From assembly GCA_963774665.1 (NCBI GenBank), contig CAVZGB010000021.1:255467-319466 (forward strand): a stretch of 64,000 bases of DNA, given 5' to 3'. The position numbers were made by a program, and so were the translations under genes. The stretch is from an uncultured delta proteobacterium. GTDB lineage: Bacteria; Desulfobacterota; Binatia; Binatales; Binataceae. Below are positions 27,667 through 39,456 of the stretch, piece after piece. The notes beneath the pieces are model-generated. The model searched no databases, was not told the DNA's origin, and saw nothing but the letters and a program-made list of their open reading frames with translations. Each line of letters begins with the position of its first letter. Position 1 is the stretch's first letter.

Positions 27667-30285
27667 TCAATAATTCGGCAGCACTCCGGTCGGTGCCCCG
27701 ACCAAGCCCTGCGTCTGGAACGGATTGCGTCCGAACGGACTGCGTCCCACCGAGCCCAAGCCGCCCAGCGTCAACTGGAACTGGACCTGCACTTCGTTGG
27801 GATTGGTCGAATCGGTGATTCCAAGATCCGCCGCCCAACAATCGCAGGGCGATTTCAGACGCACACCGTATTCGGTGGACAGCATCCTGTTGTCCGCGAG
27901 ATCGTAGCTGGGCGCAATGTAGACGCCGAGTCGATCGAATAGGTCTGTGTACGCGCGCCCCGATACGAATTGCGCAGCGTTTCTGGCCGTCGCGGGGAAG
28001 ACTGTAGCCTTCCTGGCGGCGTAGTTGTATGCGAACTGAAGGAACGAGCCTTGCAACGCTTTGCCCAGGTATATCGGCGCGCCTTTGTTGCCCCAGGGCG
28101 GCTGAATATCCAGCGCCGCGTTCGCAAACGTGATCCCGGCATGCGCTCGCGGATTGTAGTCGAGTTGGGAAGACAGTCTGAAGATCTGGGTCGCATTGAC
28201 GTTCAGCAGTCCCTCGATGTCCGACACTTTCGAACCGTCGGTCGCCACCTCATGCGAGGTGTCATACGCCTGCAGTACCGTGAGCGAGCCAAGTTCCTGC
28301 GAACGTTCGCCATTGCGAGTGATATTTCCGCCGCGAGGCGCCAAAGAGTCCGCGAGCGGATCTTCATGGAACGGCCCGACGTTCGAGTCGCCGTTAGGGG
28401 ATATCGCTTCCGTCGGAGTCGCGTCGGTGGTCGTATCTTCCGCCGCTTCTCCCTTCATCTTGGCGTATAGCCGCGTGGTGAATCCATACGTGATGAGACT
28501 GCGCGAATTCAGACGATCGGTCTGATCGAACAGGGGCTGATTACCCTGGTAAATGCGCGGCACGTACGCATAGTTGGCAAACGGCTCGATCGTGTTTTTC
28601 AGCTTCTCGATCGATTTCCATTGGAAGTCGTAAACGCGATCGAGGACCGTTGAGATTCCCGCGCTGGCGTATGGGACCATTCGGGCGCTGGTTCCGTCGG
28701 CGCCAAATGGACTCAAAGTGACACAATTATTGAAAGCGAGAGAAACGCCGCCACCGCCAGGGCAAGTCCGGTTAGCGTGGTTGACAGGAGGGACGGTTCC
28801 GACCGGAATGATATGAATATCCCGTCCAGCCGTGTCGTAGAGAACACCTTGCGTACCCACCTGCCCGTAGCCAGTCAGGTAGTCGCCCAGGCGCCATGGC
28901 AGTGTGATCTTGGGCTTGGCAGAGAAGCGCCCGCCGTCGATCCCCTGGTACCGGTAGAAGTTGACCGCCTCCGTATCGTAGTCCGCGAACATGGTGTTAT
29001 TGAACAATTCCTGGCGTCCGTTCACCGTCAGATCGGGCAGCCGTTGCAACGCAAACTGTTGCGGCTGAATCAGATCCTGGTTCCAGGTGCCTTGCAGACG
29101 CGCGTAGGCGTTTTCAAATTGATCGATTAACCCGAAGTTCGACATCGCATTGGTCATCGATCCGAAATTTATCGCGCCTCCCGGCCCATTGGCGAAGCCG
29201 CGCGACAACGTCCATACATCCATTTCGCGCAAGTACAGGCTGTCACTCACGGAAACTGTGTCGCCGTATGCGATCAGATTGTCCGTGAGATGCTGCCGCG
29301 TCATCGCGATAATCCCAAAACGATTGATCGGGATATGCGGATCGGCGATCTGCCCATCTACGATATTGTTCAGCCGATTCGCTTCAGATCGGAGCGACTC
29401 GTTGTAGAATGCGCCATCCGCCCACAGGTAGTCGTCTTTGCCATTGACCAGCCGGTATTCTGCCAGGCCTCCGACCCGCTGCGAGGTCTCGATATCGCCC
29501 GCCACCGTCGCGTCGGAACTCTTATTGATCGCGATGTAGTACGGCTGCAGCCACTGAAAGCCCCGCAGTCCCGATTGTCCCTCGCGCCCGCTCAGGAAGC
29601 CGCTGTGACGATCCGAGTCAGCCGGAAAAACCATGTACGGCAACGGAATCAGCGGGTAGCCGGCGACGTTGAAGGTGCCATTGTGGACGGTCCCCGTCTG
29701 CCCGACGTTCACTGTCATCTGCTTCGCGTTAATCGACCAGTCGGGGGTGCCCTTCTCGCATCCGCAGGTCGTGAAGTATCCGTCTTTGACCTCGTAGGTC
29801 TGCCCCTCGAGCTTCGTAACCTGTTTGCCTTCAAGGTGATAGATATTTTGCTTCGCCAATATCTTGGTGTTGTAGAGCACCATCGTCTCGTTGGTCATGT
29901 CGATAGTGCCTTCGGTCGCCCACATCTCGACCTCAGGATCGATCAGATGGACATGGCCAATCGCGCGGGCCTTGCGGTCGCGGCGCATGATGTCGATCTC
30001 GTCGGCCTTCAACACGCTGCCGCCCTGGGTCATGACGGCGTCGCCCTTGACCACGAAGGTGTCGGTCTTCGAATCGTAGATAGTTTCCTGACCGGTGACG
30101 TTGACCGGTTCTTCGTGCTCGGCGCGGACCGGGGTTGGAATTCCACCGGATTTCTTTTTCGCAGGCGCCGCAGCAGCGGCAGGAGGATCGGCGGCACGGA
30201 CGACAGCCACGGAAAGCAGCGCGGTCCACACGATCGCGAGCGTGATAGCTAATCTTTTAAGCGCCGGCTTCAGGAAACAACCCAC
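27667..30285 (-). CDS. lptD: LPS-assembly outer-membrane protein LptD (OstA N-terminal domain plus C-terminal beta-barrel)
   Basis: 872 aa. Signal peptide, then OstA-like …VKGDAVMTQGGSVLKADEIDI…IGHVHLIDPE, then a long barrel with a C-terminal aromatic residue. Confidence 0.8.
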   Translation of the reverse strand: MGCFLKPALKRLAITLAIVWTALLSVAVVRAADPPAAAAAPAKKKSGGIPTPVRAEHEEPVNVTGQETIYDSKTDTFVVKGDAVMTQGGSVLKADEIDIMRRDRKARAIGHVHLIDPEVEMWATEGTIDMTNETMVLYNTKILAKQNIYHLEGKQVTKLEGQTYEVKDGYFTTCGCEKGTPDWSINAKQMTVNVGQTGTVHNGTFNVAGYPLIPLPYMVFPADSDRHSGFLSGREGQSGLRGFQWLQPYYIAINKSSDATVAGDIETSQRVGGLAEYRLVNGKDDYLWADGAFYNESLRSEANRLNNIVDGQIADPHIPINRFGIIAMTRQHLTDNLIAYGDTVSVSDSLYLREMDVWTLSRGFANGPGGAINFGSMTNAMSNFGLIDQFENAYARLQGTWNQDLIQPQQFALQRLPDLTVNGRQELFNNTMFADYDTEAVNFYRYQGIDGGRFSAKPKITLPWRLGDYLTGYGQVGTQGVLYDTAGRDIHIIPVGTVPPVNHANRTCPGGGGVSLAFNNCVTLSPFGADGTSARMVPYASAGISTVLDRVYDFQWKSIEKLKNTIEPFANYAYVPRIYQGNQPLFDQTDRLNSRSLITYGFTTRLYAKMKGEAAEDTTTDATPTEAISPNGDSNVGPFHEDPLADSLAPRGGNITRNGERSQELGSLTVLQAYDTSHEVATDGSKVSDIEGLLNVNATQIFRLSSQLDYNPRAHAGITFANAALDIQPPWGNKGAPIYLGKALQGSFLQFAYNYAARKATVFPATARNAAQFVSGRAYTDLFDRLGVYIAPSYDLADNRMLSTEYGVRLKSPCDCWAADLGITDSTNPNEVQVQFQLTLGGLGSVGRSPFGRNPFQTQGLVGAPTGVLPNY

Positions 30286-31598
30286 TCCGCCCCTCGCGGC
30301 TTAGAAAGTACGGGTAAACTTCGCCGATAAGATACACCGATCCCGTAACAAGCGCCACGTCGTCTGCCGCCAGTTCAGAACACACACGCTCGATCGCGCG
30401 AAGCGGATCGCGCTCGACGCGTGCCGGACAATGCGCCGCGAAATGCGCCAGCAGCTCTTCAGGTTCGAGCGGGCTCTTGGGTTTGGCGCGTGTCAAAGTG
30501 ACGTCGCGCACGCGAGGACCGATCATCGCCGCCATCCGCGTCCATTCCTTGGCGGATTGGCAGCCAAATATCAGCCGCGGCTTCACCTCGGGCCCAAGTT
30601 CGACGCTCATCGTTTCGAGCAATGCGGCAATACTCATCTCGTTATGCGCGCAATCGAGGATAACGAGCGGCCGCTTCGATACGACATCGAAGCGCCCCGG
30701 CCAGTATATTTCGCCGCAGGCCCGTCCGTATTGCGTCTTCATCCATACGCCAGCCCTGCGCGCGCAAAGCTTCGAGGGTAGCAACCGCAATCGCGGCGTT
30801 CTCATGCTGAAACGGACCCGCGAGCCCAAGCTCGAGATCGCGTAGCTCCAGTCCAAGGCCGTGATAGTCCAATCGATGCGCCGGCGCGTGCGACTTGTAC
30901 GAAAAATCACGATCGATCAAGCGCACGGCGCTTCGTCGCTGCGCCGCAATCGACGTCAACGCGAGCCGCGATTCGTCGTCACGCGCACCAATCACTACCG
31001 GGACGTCGTGCTTGATAATCCCGCCCTTCTCGCCCGCAATCGCCGCGATCGTGTAGCCGAGATATTCCATGTGATCGAAGCCGATCGGCGTGATAACGCT
31101 CAAAATCGGCGTCACGACATTGGTAGAATCCAGCCTGCCCCCCAGCCCCGTCTCGACGATCGCGATATCGACGTTCTCCTCAGCGAAGTACAGGAACATC
31201 ATCGCAACCGTGAACTCAAAAAACGTGAGCGCGAGGCCCGCGCGATCGTAAATCGCGCGCAGCCGCTCGATATAGTCGAGCATCAGCCCCGCCGGAATCT
31301 CCGCTCCCGAAATCCGTGTCCGCTCCGCGAGGTTCACAAGATGCGGCTTGGTGTAGAGTCCCGTCCGATAACCCGCGCTCCGCAGACAACTATCAAGCAT
31401 CGCGGCGACGGATCCCTTACCCTTGGTCCCCGCGATATGCACCGCCTGAATCCGCCGATGAGGATTGCCAATGACCTCAAGCGCAGCCTCCATCCGCTCG
31501 AGCTTGTAAATCTCCCCGCGCGCCTCGAGCGAATAGAGCCAATCGATCGTCTTGCTGAGCTGATCCATATCCAGCCGAAGTTTATCGGCTATCAGCAT
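30257..31598 (-). CDS. folC: Dihydrofolate synthase/folylpolyglutamate synthase, frameshifted near 30713 as assembled
   Basis: The N-terminal 318-aa ORF carries GTKGKGS and …DHMEYLG…. The C-terminal ORF carries YWPGRFDVVSKRPLVILDCAHNE. The junction …GLRRNI/YWPGRF implies one extra base in a TTT run (plus-strand 30709-30711). Confidence 0.8.
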
Positions 31599-31645
31599 TG
31601 GGCGGAAGATTGCGATATAAAGAGTGGGCGTTTGAGGAGGAGTCG

Positions 31646-31936
31646 ATGAGCGAAAGCAAGCGGTTCGATCAGGAACAGATGCGCGGTGCCCGGTTTTGCG
31701 GATGCGGTCTGGCGCAAGCCGAATTTGACGACGTGGACTTGGCTGATTCCAGATTTACTAACGTAAATTTGCGCCAGTCGTCATTTACAAACATAAATCT
31801 GGAGGGCGCCAAGCTCACCGACGTCAATCTCGCCCATGTCAGCATCGACAACGCGAACATCAGCGGCCTGACGATCCTCGGTTGGAATATCGCTGACCTG
31901 ATCAAAGAGGCGCAGCAAAAAAAGAGTTCAACTTAG
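31646..31936 (+). CDS. Pentapeptide-repeat protein
   Basis: Tandem A(D/N)LxX pentapeptides (DLADSRFTNVNLRQSSFTNINLEGAKLTDVNLAHVSIDNANISG). RBS GAGGAGG precedes the ATG at 31646. Confidence 0.7.
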   Translation: MSESKRFDQEQMRGARFCGCGLAQAEFDDVDLADSRFTNVNLRQSSFTNINLEGAKLTDVNLAHVSIDNANISGLTILGWNIADLIKEAQQKKSST

Positions 31937-32817
31937 GACACTCCCCTGCGCTTGCCCTTCGGTGCGCCCTGCCCCGCGCCGCGATTCCCCCGCGGCTTCG
32001 TCAGCATCGCTAGGATTCGTGACAACGTGAAACGCATCTGATGGCGCGGGACGATCGCGTCGAGCATCCCGTGCGCAAGGAGGAACTCGGCGCGCTGGAA
32101 ATCGTCGGGCAGTTCCTGATTGCTGGTCTGCGCCGTCACCCGCCGGCCCGCGAAACCGATCAGCGCGCCCGGCTCGGAGATATTCAAATCGCCGAGCATC
32201 GCGAACGACGCCGCCACGCCGCCTGTCGTGGGATCGCACAGCACGGAAATGTACGGCAGGCGCGCGTCGCGATATCGCGCGATCGCCGAAGATACTTTCG
32301 CCATCTGCATCAATGACAGCGGACCTTCCTGCATTCGCGCGCCCCCCGACGCGACAAATATGATCACCGGCAGCTTGCGCTCGCATGCGATATCGAAAAG
32401 CCGCGCGAGCTTCTCGCCGACTACCACGCCCATGCTGCCGCCCATGAATTCAAAATCCATCACGCCGAGAGCCACCGGCCGATTCTCGATCTTGCCGATC
32501 CCCACCACCACCGCGTCGTTGCGGCCGCTGTTCGCGCGCGCCTGTTCCATCCGCTTCGGATACGGCCGCGAATCGACGAAGCCGAGCGGGTCGCCAATCG
32601 CCATCTCGACCATCAGCTCGCGCCAGGTCCCGCGATCGACGCTGATCGAAAGCCGCTGCGGCACCGTCACGCGGAAATGATATCCGCACTTCGGGCACAC
32701 GTTCAGATTGCGCTCCACTTCCTTGCGGAACGCCATCTCCTTGCACGACGGGCACTTCGACCAGATGTCGTCCGAGGGGGCCTGCGTCGTAACCGGCGTC
32801 TGTTCCCGTTCAGCCAT
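31933..32817 (-). CDS. accD: Acetyl-CoA carboxylase carboxyltransferase beta subunit
   Basis: Zn-ribbon CPSCKEM…CPKCGYH plus the carboxyltransferase domain. The start overlaps the trpA stop. Confidence 0.9.
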   Translation of the reverse strand: MAEREQTPVTTQAPSDDIWSKCPSCKEMAFRKEVERNLNVCPKCGYHFRVTVPQRLSISVDRGTWRELMVEMAIGDPLGFVDSRPYPKRMEQARANSGRNDAVVVGIGKIENRPVALGVMDFEFMGGSMGVVVGEKLARLFDIACERKLPVIIFVASGGARMQEGPLSLMQMAKVSSAIARYRDARLPYISVLCDPTTGGVAASFAMLGDLNISEPGALIGFAGRRVTAQTSNQELPDDFQRAEFLLAHGMLDAIVPRHQMRFTLSRILAMLTKPRGNRGAGQGAPKGKRRGVS

Positions 32818-33662
32818 CAGAATTCTCCGCCACGGGCGTTTGCTCGGTGCGTCGCGCCGACTTCATCGCATCCTTCATCGCGCCGACCAGACCGCCCACC
32901 GCCATCCGGCACGTCGCCGGACTTCGCATGCTCTTCGATCAACAATGAAATCGCGCTGCCTACCACCACCGCATCCGCCATCCTCGCGACTTCGGCAGCC
33001 TGCTCAGGCGTCGAGATACCGAAGCCAACGCCAATCGGCAAATCGGTCACGCTGCGAATCTCGCGCATGTGCTCGGCAATGCCGGTGTCGAGATGCGTCC
33101 GCGCGCCGGTCACACCAGTCACCGACACATAATAGAGAAACCCGCTGGCGGAGCGCGCGATCGCGCGACTTCGGTCGATAGGCGTCGTGGGCGCGAGCAG
33201 GTAAATCAGGTCCAGCCCGTTGGCGCGCGCCGGCTTCTTGAGCTCGCCGGACTCTTCAGGCGGCAAATCGATCACCAGCAACGCGTCGATACCCGCACGC
33301 GCAGCGTCTGCGCAGAGCCGCTCGCATCCGTAGTGAAAAATCGGGTTGTAGTAGCCGAACAGGATCACCGGAATCTGCGTCTGCGCGCGAAGCTCGCTCA
33401 CCATCGAGAGTATCGCTGCCAACGACGCGCCCGCGCCGAGCCCGCGCGCCAGCGAGCGTTGATTGGCGGGTCCGTCGGCCATCGGATCGGAAAACGGCAC
33501 ACCCAGCTCGATCAAGTCGGCGCCGCGCGCCTCGAGCTCGAGCACCAGCTTGCGCGTCGTATCCATATCGGGATCGCCGGCCACGATGAACGGGATCAGC
33601 GCCGCCTCGCCGCGCGCGCGCAGCTCGCGAAACTTCCGTTTGATTCTATGCGCCGCTGCCAT
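32810..33662 (-). CDS. trpA: Tryptophan synthase alpha chain, with an apparent frameshift about 25 codons before the C-terminus
   Basis: …ALIPFIVAGDPD…GVPFSDPMADGP…. The tail reads naturally (…GLVGAMKDAMKSARRTEQTPVAENSDG*) only in the -1 frame, which then overlaps the accD start. Confidence 0.8.
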
Positions 33663-33664
33663 CG

Positions 33665-34858
33665 CTACACCGTCACCCCGAACGCCTTGGCGACCGTCTG
33701 CATATCCTTGTCGCCGCGCCCCGACAGATTCACGATCATGATTTGTTCCTTCGTCATTTGCGGCGCCAGCTTGATTGCATGCGCCACCGCATGCGAGCTC
33801 TCGAGCGCCGGGATAATTCCCTCGGTCTCCGACAGCGTCCTCAACGCGTCGAGCGCCTCGGCATCCGTCACCGACGTGTATTCAGCGCGCCCCACGTCGT
33901 TCAGCCACGAATGCTCGGGGCCGACGCCCGGATAGTCGAGACCCGCGGCTATAGAATGCGTCTCGCGAACCTGCCCGAGTTCATCCTGTAGCAAGTAGGT
34001 TTTATTGCCATGCAGTACGCCGACGCTGCCCGCCGTGATGGTGGCCGCATGATGCGGTCCGCTGATGCCGAGACCGGCCGCCTCGACGCCAATCATCTTC
34101 ACGTTGGTATCTTTGATAAACGGATAGAAAAGCCCGATCGCGTTGGAGCCGCCGTTGACGCATGCGACCAGCACGTCGGGCAGCCGTCCTTCGTGCTTGA
34201 GAATCTGACGGCGCGCCTCGCGCCCGATGACCGCCTGGAAGTCGCGCACGATCATCGGGTACGGATGCGGCCCCGCGGTGGTGCCAATCAGGTAGTAAGT
34301 GTTGCGCACGGTCGCGATCCAATCTCGCAGCGCCTCGTTCATCGCGTCCTTCAGGCTCTTGCTGCCGCTCTCGACAGGCGAAACCTTCGCGCCGAGCAGC
34401 TTCATCCGAAAGACGTTCAGCGATTGCCGCTCGACGTCCACCGATCCCATGAACACTTCGCACTCGCGGCGGAACAACGCCGCCATCGTAGCCGTCGCGA
34501 CGCCATGCTGTCCCGCGCCGGTCTCGGCAGTGATCCGCGACTTGTTCATCCGCACCGCGAGCAACGCCTGCCCGAGCGTGTTGTTCACCTTGTGCGCGCC
34601 GGTGTGGCAAAGGTCCTCGCGCTTCAAATAAATTTTCGCGCCGCCAAGTTTCGATGTGAGATTCTCGCACAGGTAGAGCGGCGTCGGACGACCAACGAAC
34701 TCGCGCGATCGATTCTCGAGCTCTTCGCGAAACTTCGGATCGCGGCGCGCATCTTTGTAGGCGCGCTCGAGCTCGAACAGCGCGGGCATCAGGGTTTCCG
34801 CGACGTACTTGCCACCGAACTGGCCGAAATGGCCGCGGCTATCGGGAACGTTTTGCAT
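33665..34858 (-). CDS. trpB: Tryptophan synthase beta chain
   Basis: 397 aa with [12 protein letters not shown]-lysine motif and GGGSNA. Confidence 0.95.
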   Translation of the reverse strand: MQNVPDSRGHFGQFGGKYVAETLMPALFELERAYKDARRDPKFREELENRSREFVGRPTPLYLCENLTSKLGGAKIYLKREDLCHTGAHKVNNTLGQALLAVRMNKSRITAETGAGQHGVATATMAALFRRECEVFMGSVDVERQSLNVFRMKLLGAKVSPVESGSKSLKDAMNEALRDWIATVRNTYYLIGTTAGPHPYPMIVRDFQAVIGREARRQILKHEGRLPDVLVACVNGGSNAIGLFYPFIKDTNVKMIGVEAAGLGISGPHHAATITAGSVGVLHGNKTYLLQDELGQVRETHSIAAGLDYPGVGPEHSWLNDVGRAEYTSVTDAEALDALRTLSETEGIIPALESSHAVAHAIKLAPQMTKEQIMIVNLSGRGDKDMQTVAKAFGVTV

Positions 34859-35447
34859 TGTTGACGAAGCTCCTAAGTTTGTCGTGATCCTTCACGCCCG
34901 GCGACGACTCGACTCCGCTCGCACAATCGACCGCGTAAGGTCCGAGCGCTGCGACCTCGGCGACGTTGTCGGGATTCAATCCGCCGGCGATAAACGCACG
35001 GCTCAAATCGACCGCGCGAAGTTGATCTAACGAAATACGATTTCCGGTACCGCCAAACAGTTTCGCGTCGAAGGCATCGTACAGCACATAGTCCGTACGG
35101 CGCACGGTCACACTCGACATCTCGCCCAGCTTCAGCCGTCGCGCGACGATCGATGGAACGGGCCAGCCGGCGAGCGCTGCGTCATCCTCGTCGCCGGAGA
35201 ACTGGATCATGTCGAGCGACACGGCGCGCAGGCGCTCATCTATATATGACCGGTTCGCGTTCACGAACACTCCGACCACCAAAGCGCGCGCGCCAACCGA
35301 CGCCCGAATCTCACACGCGCGATCGACGTCGACGAAGCGCGGCGTCTTCGCGTAGAAGTTCAGTCCAATCATATCGGCGCCGGCCGCAATCGCCGCGCGC
35401 GCATCTTCGACGCGCGTGATGCCGCAAATTTTGACTCGAACTGTCAT
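34839..35447 (-). CDS. trpF: Phosphoribosylanthranilate isomerase
   Basis: 202 aa with VKICGIT and …QFSGDE… motifs. Operon position between trpC and trpB. Confidence 0.85.
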   Translation of the reverse strand: MTVRVKICGITRVEDARAAIAAGADMIGLNFYAKTPRFVDVDRACEIRASVGARALVVGVFVNANRSYIDERLRAVSLDMIQFSGDEDDAALAGWPVPSIVARRLKLGEMSSVTVRRTDYVLYDAFDAKLFGGTGNRISLDQLRAVDLSRAFIAGGLNPDNVAEVAALGPYAVDCASGVESSPGVKDHDKLRSFVNNAKRSR

Positions 35448-36223
35448 AGCGCTCGCATCAGTTCGCCAAGTTTCGCGCCTGGCTTTCCGCCTCGCAGCAA
35501 ACTCTCGCCTATTAGAAATGCGCGCGCGCCTGCCGCGTCGAGCCTCCGAATATCGTCAGGCGAATCGATTCCACTTTCTGTAACGATCACCGCGTCGCCC
35601 TTGTAGCCGTTAAGCAACCGCTCGGTCACCGCGATATCGGTCACGAAAGTGTGCAAATCGCGATTGTTGATGCCGATAAGCTCCGCGCCAATCTTCCTGG
35701 CGAGCGCGAACTCGGCAGCATCGTGCGATTCGACCAGCGTCGCCATCCCAAGCTCACGCGCGAGCGCCGCCAGCGATCGCATCTCACCTTCTTTCAGCAT
35801 CGCGGCGATTAGGAGAATGCAATCCGCGCCCGCCGCGCGTGCCTCATAAACCTGGTACGGCTCGAAGATGAAGTCCTTGCGCAGGAGAGGGATGTCCACC
35901 GCGGCGCGGACCGCACGCAGATCGTCGAGCGTGCCTTTGAAATGTACGTCGGTCAGAACCGAGATTGCGGCAGCGCCTCCGGCGACATACTCGCGCGCGA
36001 CGTTTGCCGGATCGAGTCCCGGCATGATGTCGCCCTTGCTCGGGGACGCGCGTTTGATTTCGGCGATTATCGCGGGACGACTAGCGCGCAGCGCTCCGAT
36101 GAAATCGCGCGGCTTGGGCGCCCTCCCCGCTTCGGCGACGATCGCCATCGGCGATACGACCGCGCGTCGAGCACGCACTTCGACGCGTTTAGCGGCGTAA
36201 ATGTTGTCGAGGATCGAGGTCAT
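35444..36223 (-). CDS. trpC: Indole-3-glycerol-phosphate synthase
   Basis: …IIAEIKRASPSKG…LRKDFI…. Confidence 0.9.
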   Translation of the reverse strand: MTSILDNIYAAKRVEVRARRAVVSPMAIVAEAGRAPKPRDFIGALRASRPAIIAEIKRASPSKGDIMPGLDPANVAREYVAGGAAAISVLTDVHFKGTLDDLRAVRAAVDIPLLRKDFIFEPYQVYEARAAGADCILLIAAMLKEGEMRSLAALARELGMATLVESHDAAEFALARKIGAELIGINNRDLHTFVTDIAVTERLLNGYKGDAVIVTESGIDSPDDIRRLDAAGARAFLIGESLLRGGKPGAKLGELMRAL

Positions 36224-37242
36224 TGTAATCCGTTGCTGGCGCGCCGCATCTTGTCGAGGACTTCCAGCGCGCGGCTCTTGGCGATGATTTCGCGCGCCAT
36301 GTCGACGCCTTCTTTCAGCGACGCGGCCTTGCCGCCCACGTAAATCGCAGCGCCGCCGTTCAGCGCGAGCACATCTTGCGCCGGCCCCGCGCCGCCATCA
36401 AGCGCGCCGCGCAGAACTCGCACGGCATCGTCAAGATTCGTGATCATAAGCGCGCGAAGGTCGCTGCGAGGTATGCCGAAGGTTATCGGCGTAACTTGAT
36501 ACTCCGCCAGTTCGCCGTCGCGAAGTTCCACTATCCTGGTCGGGCCGCTGATCGCGATTTCGTCGATTCCATCGCCGCCGTGCACGACCATCGCGCGCCG
36601 CGTTCCGAGCGCCTTGAGCGCATTCGCCATCGGCCGGATCAAATTCTCTTCGGCGACGCCCAGCAGATGGAAGCGAGGACGCGCCGGGTTGCCGAGCGAC
36701 CCCATCAGATTGAAGATGGTGCGAATTCGGAGCTCGCGCCTGAGCGGCGCAATCTTTTTGAACGCTGGATGATACACCTGCGCGAAGATGTGACAGCATC
36801 CCGCGGCGTCGAGGCATCGCTTCAGCCCGTCGGGATCGCAATCGATCTTAACGCCCAGCGCTTCGAGCACGTCTGCCGTGCCTACTGTGCCACTGATCGC
36901 GCGATTGCCGTGTTTGGCGACCGGCACACCAGCGGCGGCCGCGATCAACGCGGCGCCGGTCGAGATGTTGAAGGTGCTGGCGCCGTCGCCACCGGTGCCG
37001 CAGGTATCGAGCACCTTACCATCGCGAAGATTCAGCGGACGCGCGCGTGCGAGCATCGCGCGCACCGCGCCTGCAAGCTCGTCGGCCTCAGCGCCCTTGA
37101 TTTTCAGCGCCACCAAAAACGCGCCGACGACAGCGTCGGACGCGCCGCCGTCCATGATCTCGCCAATCGCCAGTTCAGCCTCGGCGTCGGTGAGCGAGCG
37201 CCCGTCGATGAGCGCCTGCAGGGCTTCGTGGAGTCCGCTCAT
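36220..37242 (-). CDS. trpD: Anthranilate phosphoribosyltransferase
   Basis: …DTCGTGGDG…VAKHGNRA…. Confidence 0.9.
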   Translation of the reverse strand: MSGLHEALQALIDGRSLTDAEAELAIGEIMDGGASDAVVGAFLVALKIKGAEADELAGAVRAMLARARPLNLRDGKVLDTCGTGGDGASTFNISTGAALIAAAAGVPVAKHGNRAISGTVGTADVLEALGVKIDCDPDGLKRCLDAAGCCHIFAQVYHPAFKKIAPLRRELRIRTIFNLMGSLGNPARPRFHLLGVAEENLIRPMANALKALGTRRAMVVHGGDGIDEIAISGPTRIVELRDGELAEYQVTPITFGIPRSDLRALMITNLDDAVRVLRGALDGGAGPAQDVLALNGGAAIYVGGKAASLKEGVDMAREIIAKSRALEVLDKMRRASNGLQ

Positions 37243-37857
37243 TGCGCGGTTCCGTTTTTGTCGAGGCTGTCGAGAAAGTTTTGCAGCAGATGCTTTCCCT
37301 CGAACGTCAGAATCGATTCGGGATGAAATTGCACCCCTTCGACTGCGTAATGCTTGTGGCGAAGCCCCATGATTTCGTCTTCCGCCGTGCGGGCACTGAC
37401 TTCCAGTGCCGGCGGAATCGACGCCGCGTCAACCAGCAGCGAATGATAGCGCATCGCGTCGAACGGGCTCGGGATGCCCTGCGAAAATCGTCTTGCCGTC
37501 GTGGATTATCGGCGACGTCTTGCCGTGCATCAGGCGATCGGCGCGCACGACTTTGCCGCCGAACGCCTCGCCGATACATTGCAGGCCGAGGCACACGCCG
37601 AGAATCGGCAGTTCACCCGCCATCTCGCGCAGCAGAGTCAGCGAGATTCCGGCCTCGGTGGGAGTGCATGGCCCGGGCGAGATTACGACCGCCGCGGGAT
37701 GAAGCGCGCGAACGCCGGCGACGTCGATCGCGTCGTTGCGCCTGACGATGACGTCGGCGCCGAGTTCGCCGAGGTACTGCACGATGTTGTAGGTAAACGA
37801 GTCGTAGTTGTCGATCATCAGCACTCGTTTTTTAGTGTTTGACGCCATCGTGATCAC
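37239..37857 (-). CDS. trpG: Anthranilate synthase component II (glutamine amidotransferase), frameshifted near 37465 as assembled
   Basis: The N-terminal ORF carries catalytic …ILGVCLGLQ… and ends …GKTIFAG. The second ORF continues with …RYHSLLVD…GVQFHPES…. One extra base in a CCC run (plus-strand 37477-37479) explains the break. Confidence 0.8.
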
Positions 37858-39359
37858 CTCTTCGCCGCGGTTTCGAAATCGCGCGCGGCCTGGAGTGCCC
37901 GCACCATTGCGCGAGCCTTGTTCACCGACTCCTCGAACTCGGCGCCGGGGTCAGAATCTGCGACGACGCCGCCGCCTGCCTGGATGTACACGCGGTCCTT
38001 CTTGATCAGCAGCGTGCGCAGCGCGATCGCGGTGTCGGTGTTGCCGGTGTAGCTGAAGTAGCCGACCGCGCCCGCATAGACGCCGCGACGCACCGACTCG
38101 AGCTCGTCAATGATTTCCATCGCGCGGATTTTCGGCGCGCCGGAGACTGTCCCTTGTGGAAAGGTCGCGGCGAACGCGTCGAACGCGTCGCATCCTTCGC
38201 GCAGCACGCCGGTGACGTTCGACACGATATGCATCACGTGCGAGTAGCGCTCGACCACCATCAGCTCGGTCACTTTCACCGAACCGATTTCAGAGACGCG
38301 GCCGACGTCGTTGCGCCCGAGGTCGACCAGCATCACGTGCTCGGCGCGTTCCTTTGGATCGGCGAGCAGCTCGGCTTCGAGTTCGCGGTCCTCGGCCTCG
38401 GTCACACCGCGGCGGCGAGTGCCTGCGATCGGCCGCAGCGTGATCTCGCGACCCTCGACTCGCACCATCACCTCAGGCGACGCGCCGACCAGCGTCTGAT
38501 CGCCCAAGCGCAGGTAGAACATGTACGGCGACGGGTTAATCGTGCGCAGGCTGCGGTAGATATTGAACGGATGCGCGGTGAGAGGCGCTTCAAAGCGCTG
38601 CGACGGGACGACCTGGATAACGTCGCCGGCCGCGATGTATTCCTTCGCGGCGGAGACCATCGCCATGTAGCCTTCGCGCGTCATGTTCGAGGTGATCGAC
38701 GTGTCGTTGATCGCGACGTTGCTCGCGCCTTCGAGAAACGGCGGCACGGCGGGACGCTTGAGGCGCTCGATTATCTCGTCGATCTTAATGCGCGCGCTTT
38801 GATACGCCATTTTCGTCGAGGCGAATTCCTCGACCGGCACGTTGGCGATAATTTTGAGCGTCTGGCGGACGTTGTCGAAACACAGCACCGTGTCGGTGAA
38901 CATCAGGTGAAAATCCGGAGTGCCGAGATCGTCGGTGGCGGTTTCGGGAATCTTCTCGAAACATCGCACGATGTCGTAAGCGAGAAATCCGACGGCGCCG
39001 CCGAAGAAGCGCGGCAGGTTGGGCAGCTCGGGGGCGCGGAAGCGCTTGACCTCGGCGCGCAACTCCTCGAAGGAATTCTCGACCGAGCGCACCTCGACGC
39101 CGCGGCCGGGCCGGATGATATCCATGCGGTTCTTACGCGCGCGCATGACGAGGAAAGGATCGGAGCCGAGGAAGGTGTAGCGGCCCCATTTCTCGCCGCC
39201 GCGAACGCTCTCGAGCAGGAAGGCGTAATCGTCGCGCGCGATTTTGAGGAAGGCGGAGACCGGAGTCTCGAGATCGGCGGCGACCTCCTCGAAAACCGGG
39301 ATGAGGTTGAATCCGTCAGCCGCCAGTCGTTCGAATTCTTTTTCCGTTGGCTGCAACAT
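37854..39359 (-). CDS. trpE: Anthranilate synthase component I
   Basis: 501 aa. Chorismate-binding domain …[12 protein letters not shown]…GAVGYFSY…. Confidence 0.95.
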   Translation of the reverse strand: MLQPTEKEFERLAADGFNLIPVFEEVAADLETPVSAFLKIARDDYAFLLESVRGGEKWGRYTFLGSDPFLVMRARKNRMDIIRPGRGVEVRSVENSFEELRAEVKRFRAPELPNLPRFFGGAVGFLAYDIVRCFEKIPETATDDLGTPDFHLMFTDTVLCFDNVRQTLKIIANVPVEEFASTKMAYQSARIKIDEIIERLKRPAVPPFLEGASNVAINDTSITSNMTREGYMAMVSAAKEYIAAGDVIQVVPSQRFEAPLTAHPFNIYRSLRTINPSPYMFYLRLGDQTLVGASPEVMVRVEGREITLRPIAGTRRRGVTEAEDRELEAELLADPKERAEHVMLVDLGRNDVGRVSEIGSVKVTELMVVERYSHVMHIVSNVTGVLREGCDAFDAFAATFPQGTVSGAPKIRAMEIIDELESVRRGVYAGAVGYFSYTGNTDTAIALRTLLIKKDRVYIQAGGGVVADSDPGAEFEESVNKARAMVRALQAARDFETAAKR

Positions 39360-39393
39360 CTAGTTTGCCTCTGTTACGTCCGACTCCATCACT

Positions 39394-39435
39394 CCAAAAA
39401 GAAAAGGGCCGCAGGTTTCGCCTGCGGCCCTTTTT
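39394..39435 (-). terminator. Intrinsic terminator of the trp attenuator (GGGCCGCAGG-CGAAA-CCTGCGGCCC followed by UUUUCUUUUU on the minus strand)
   Basis: Perfect 10-bp GC stem, 5-nt loop and U-tract. Lies about 35 nt upstream of the trpE start and 27 nt downstream of the leader-peptide stop. Confidence 0.7.
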
Positions 39436-39456
39436 AAAAATCGGTTTTGCGATGAA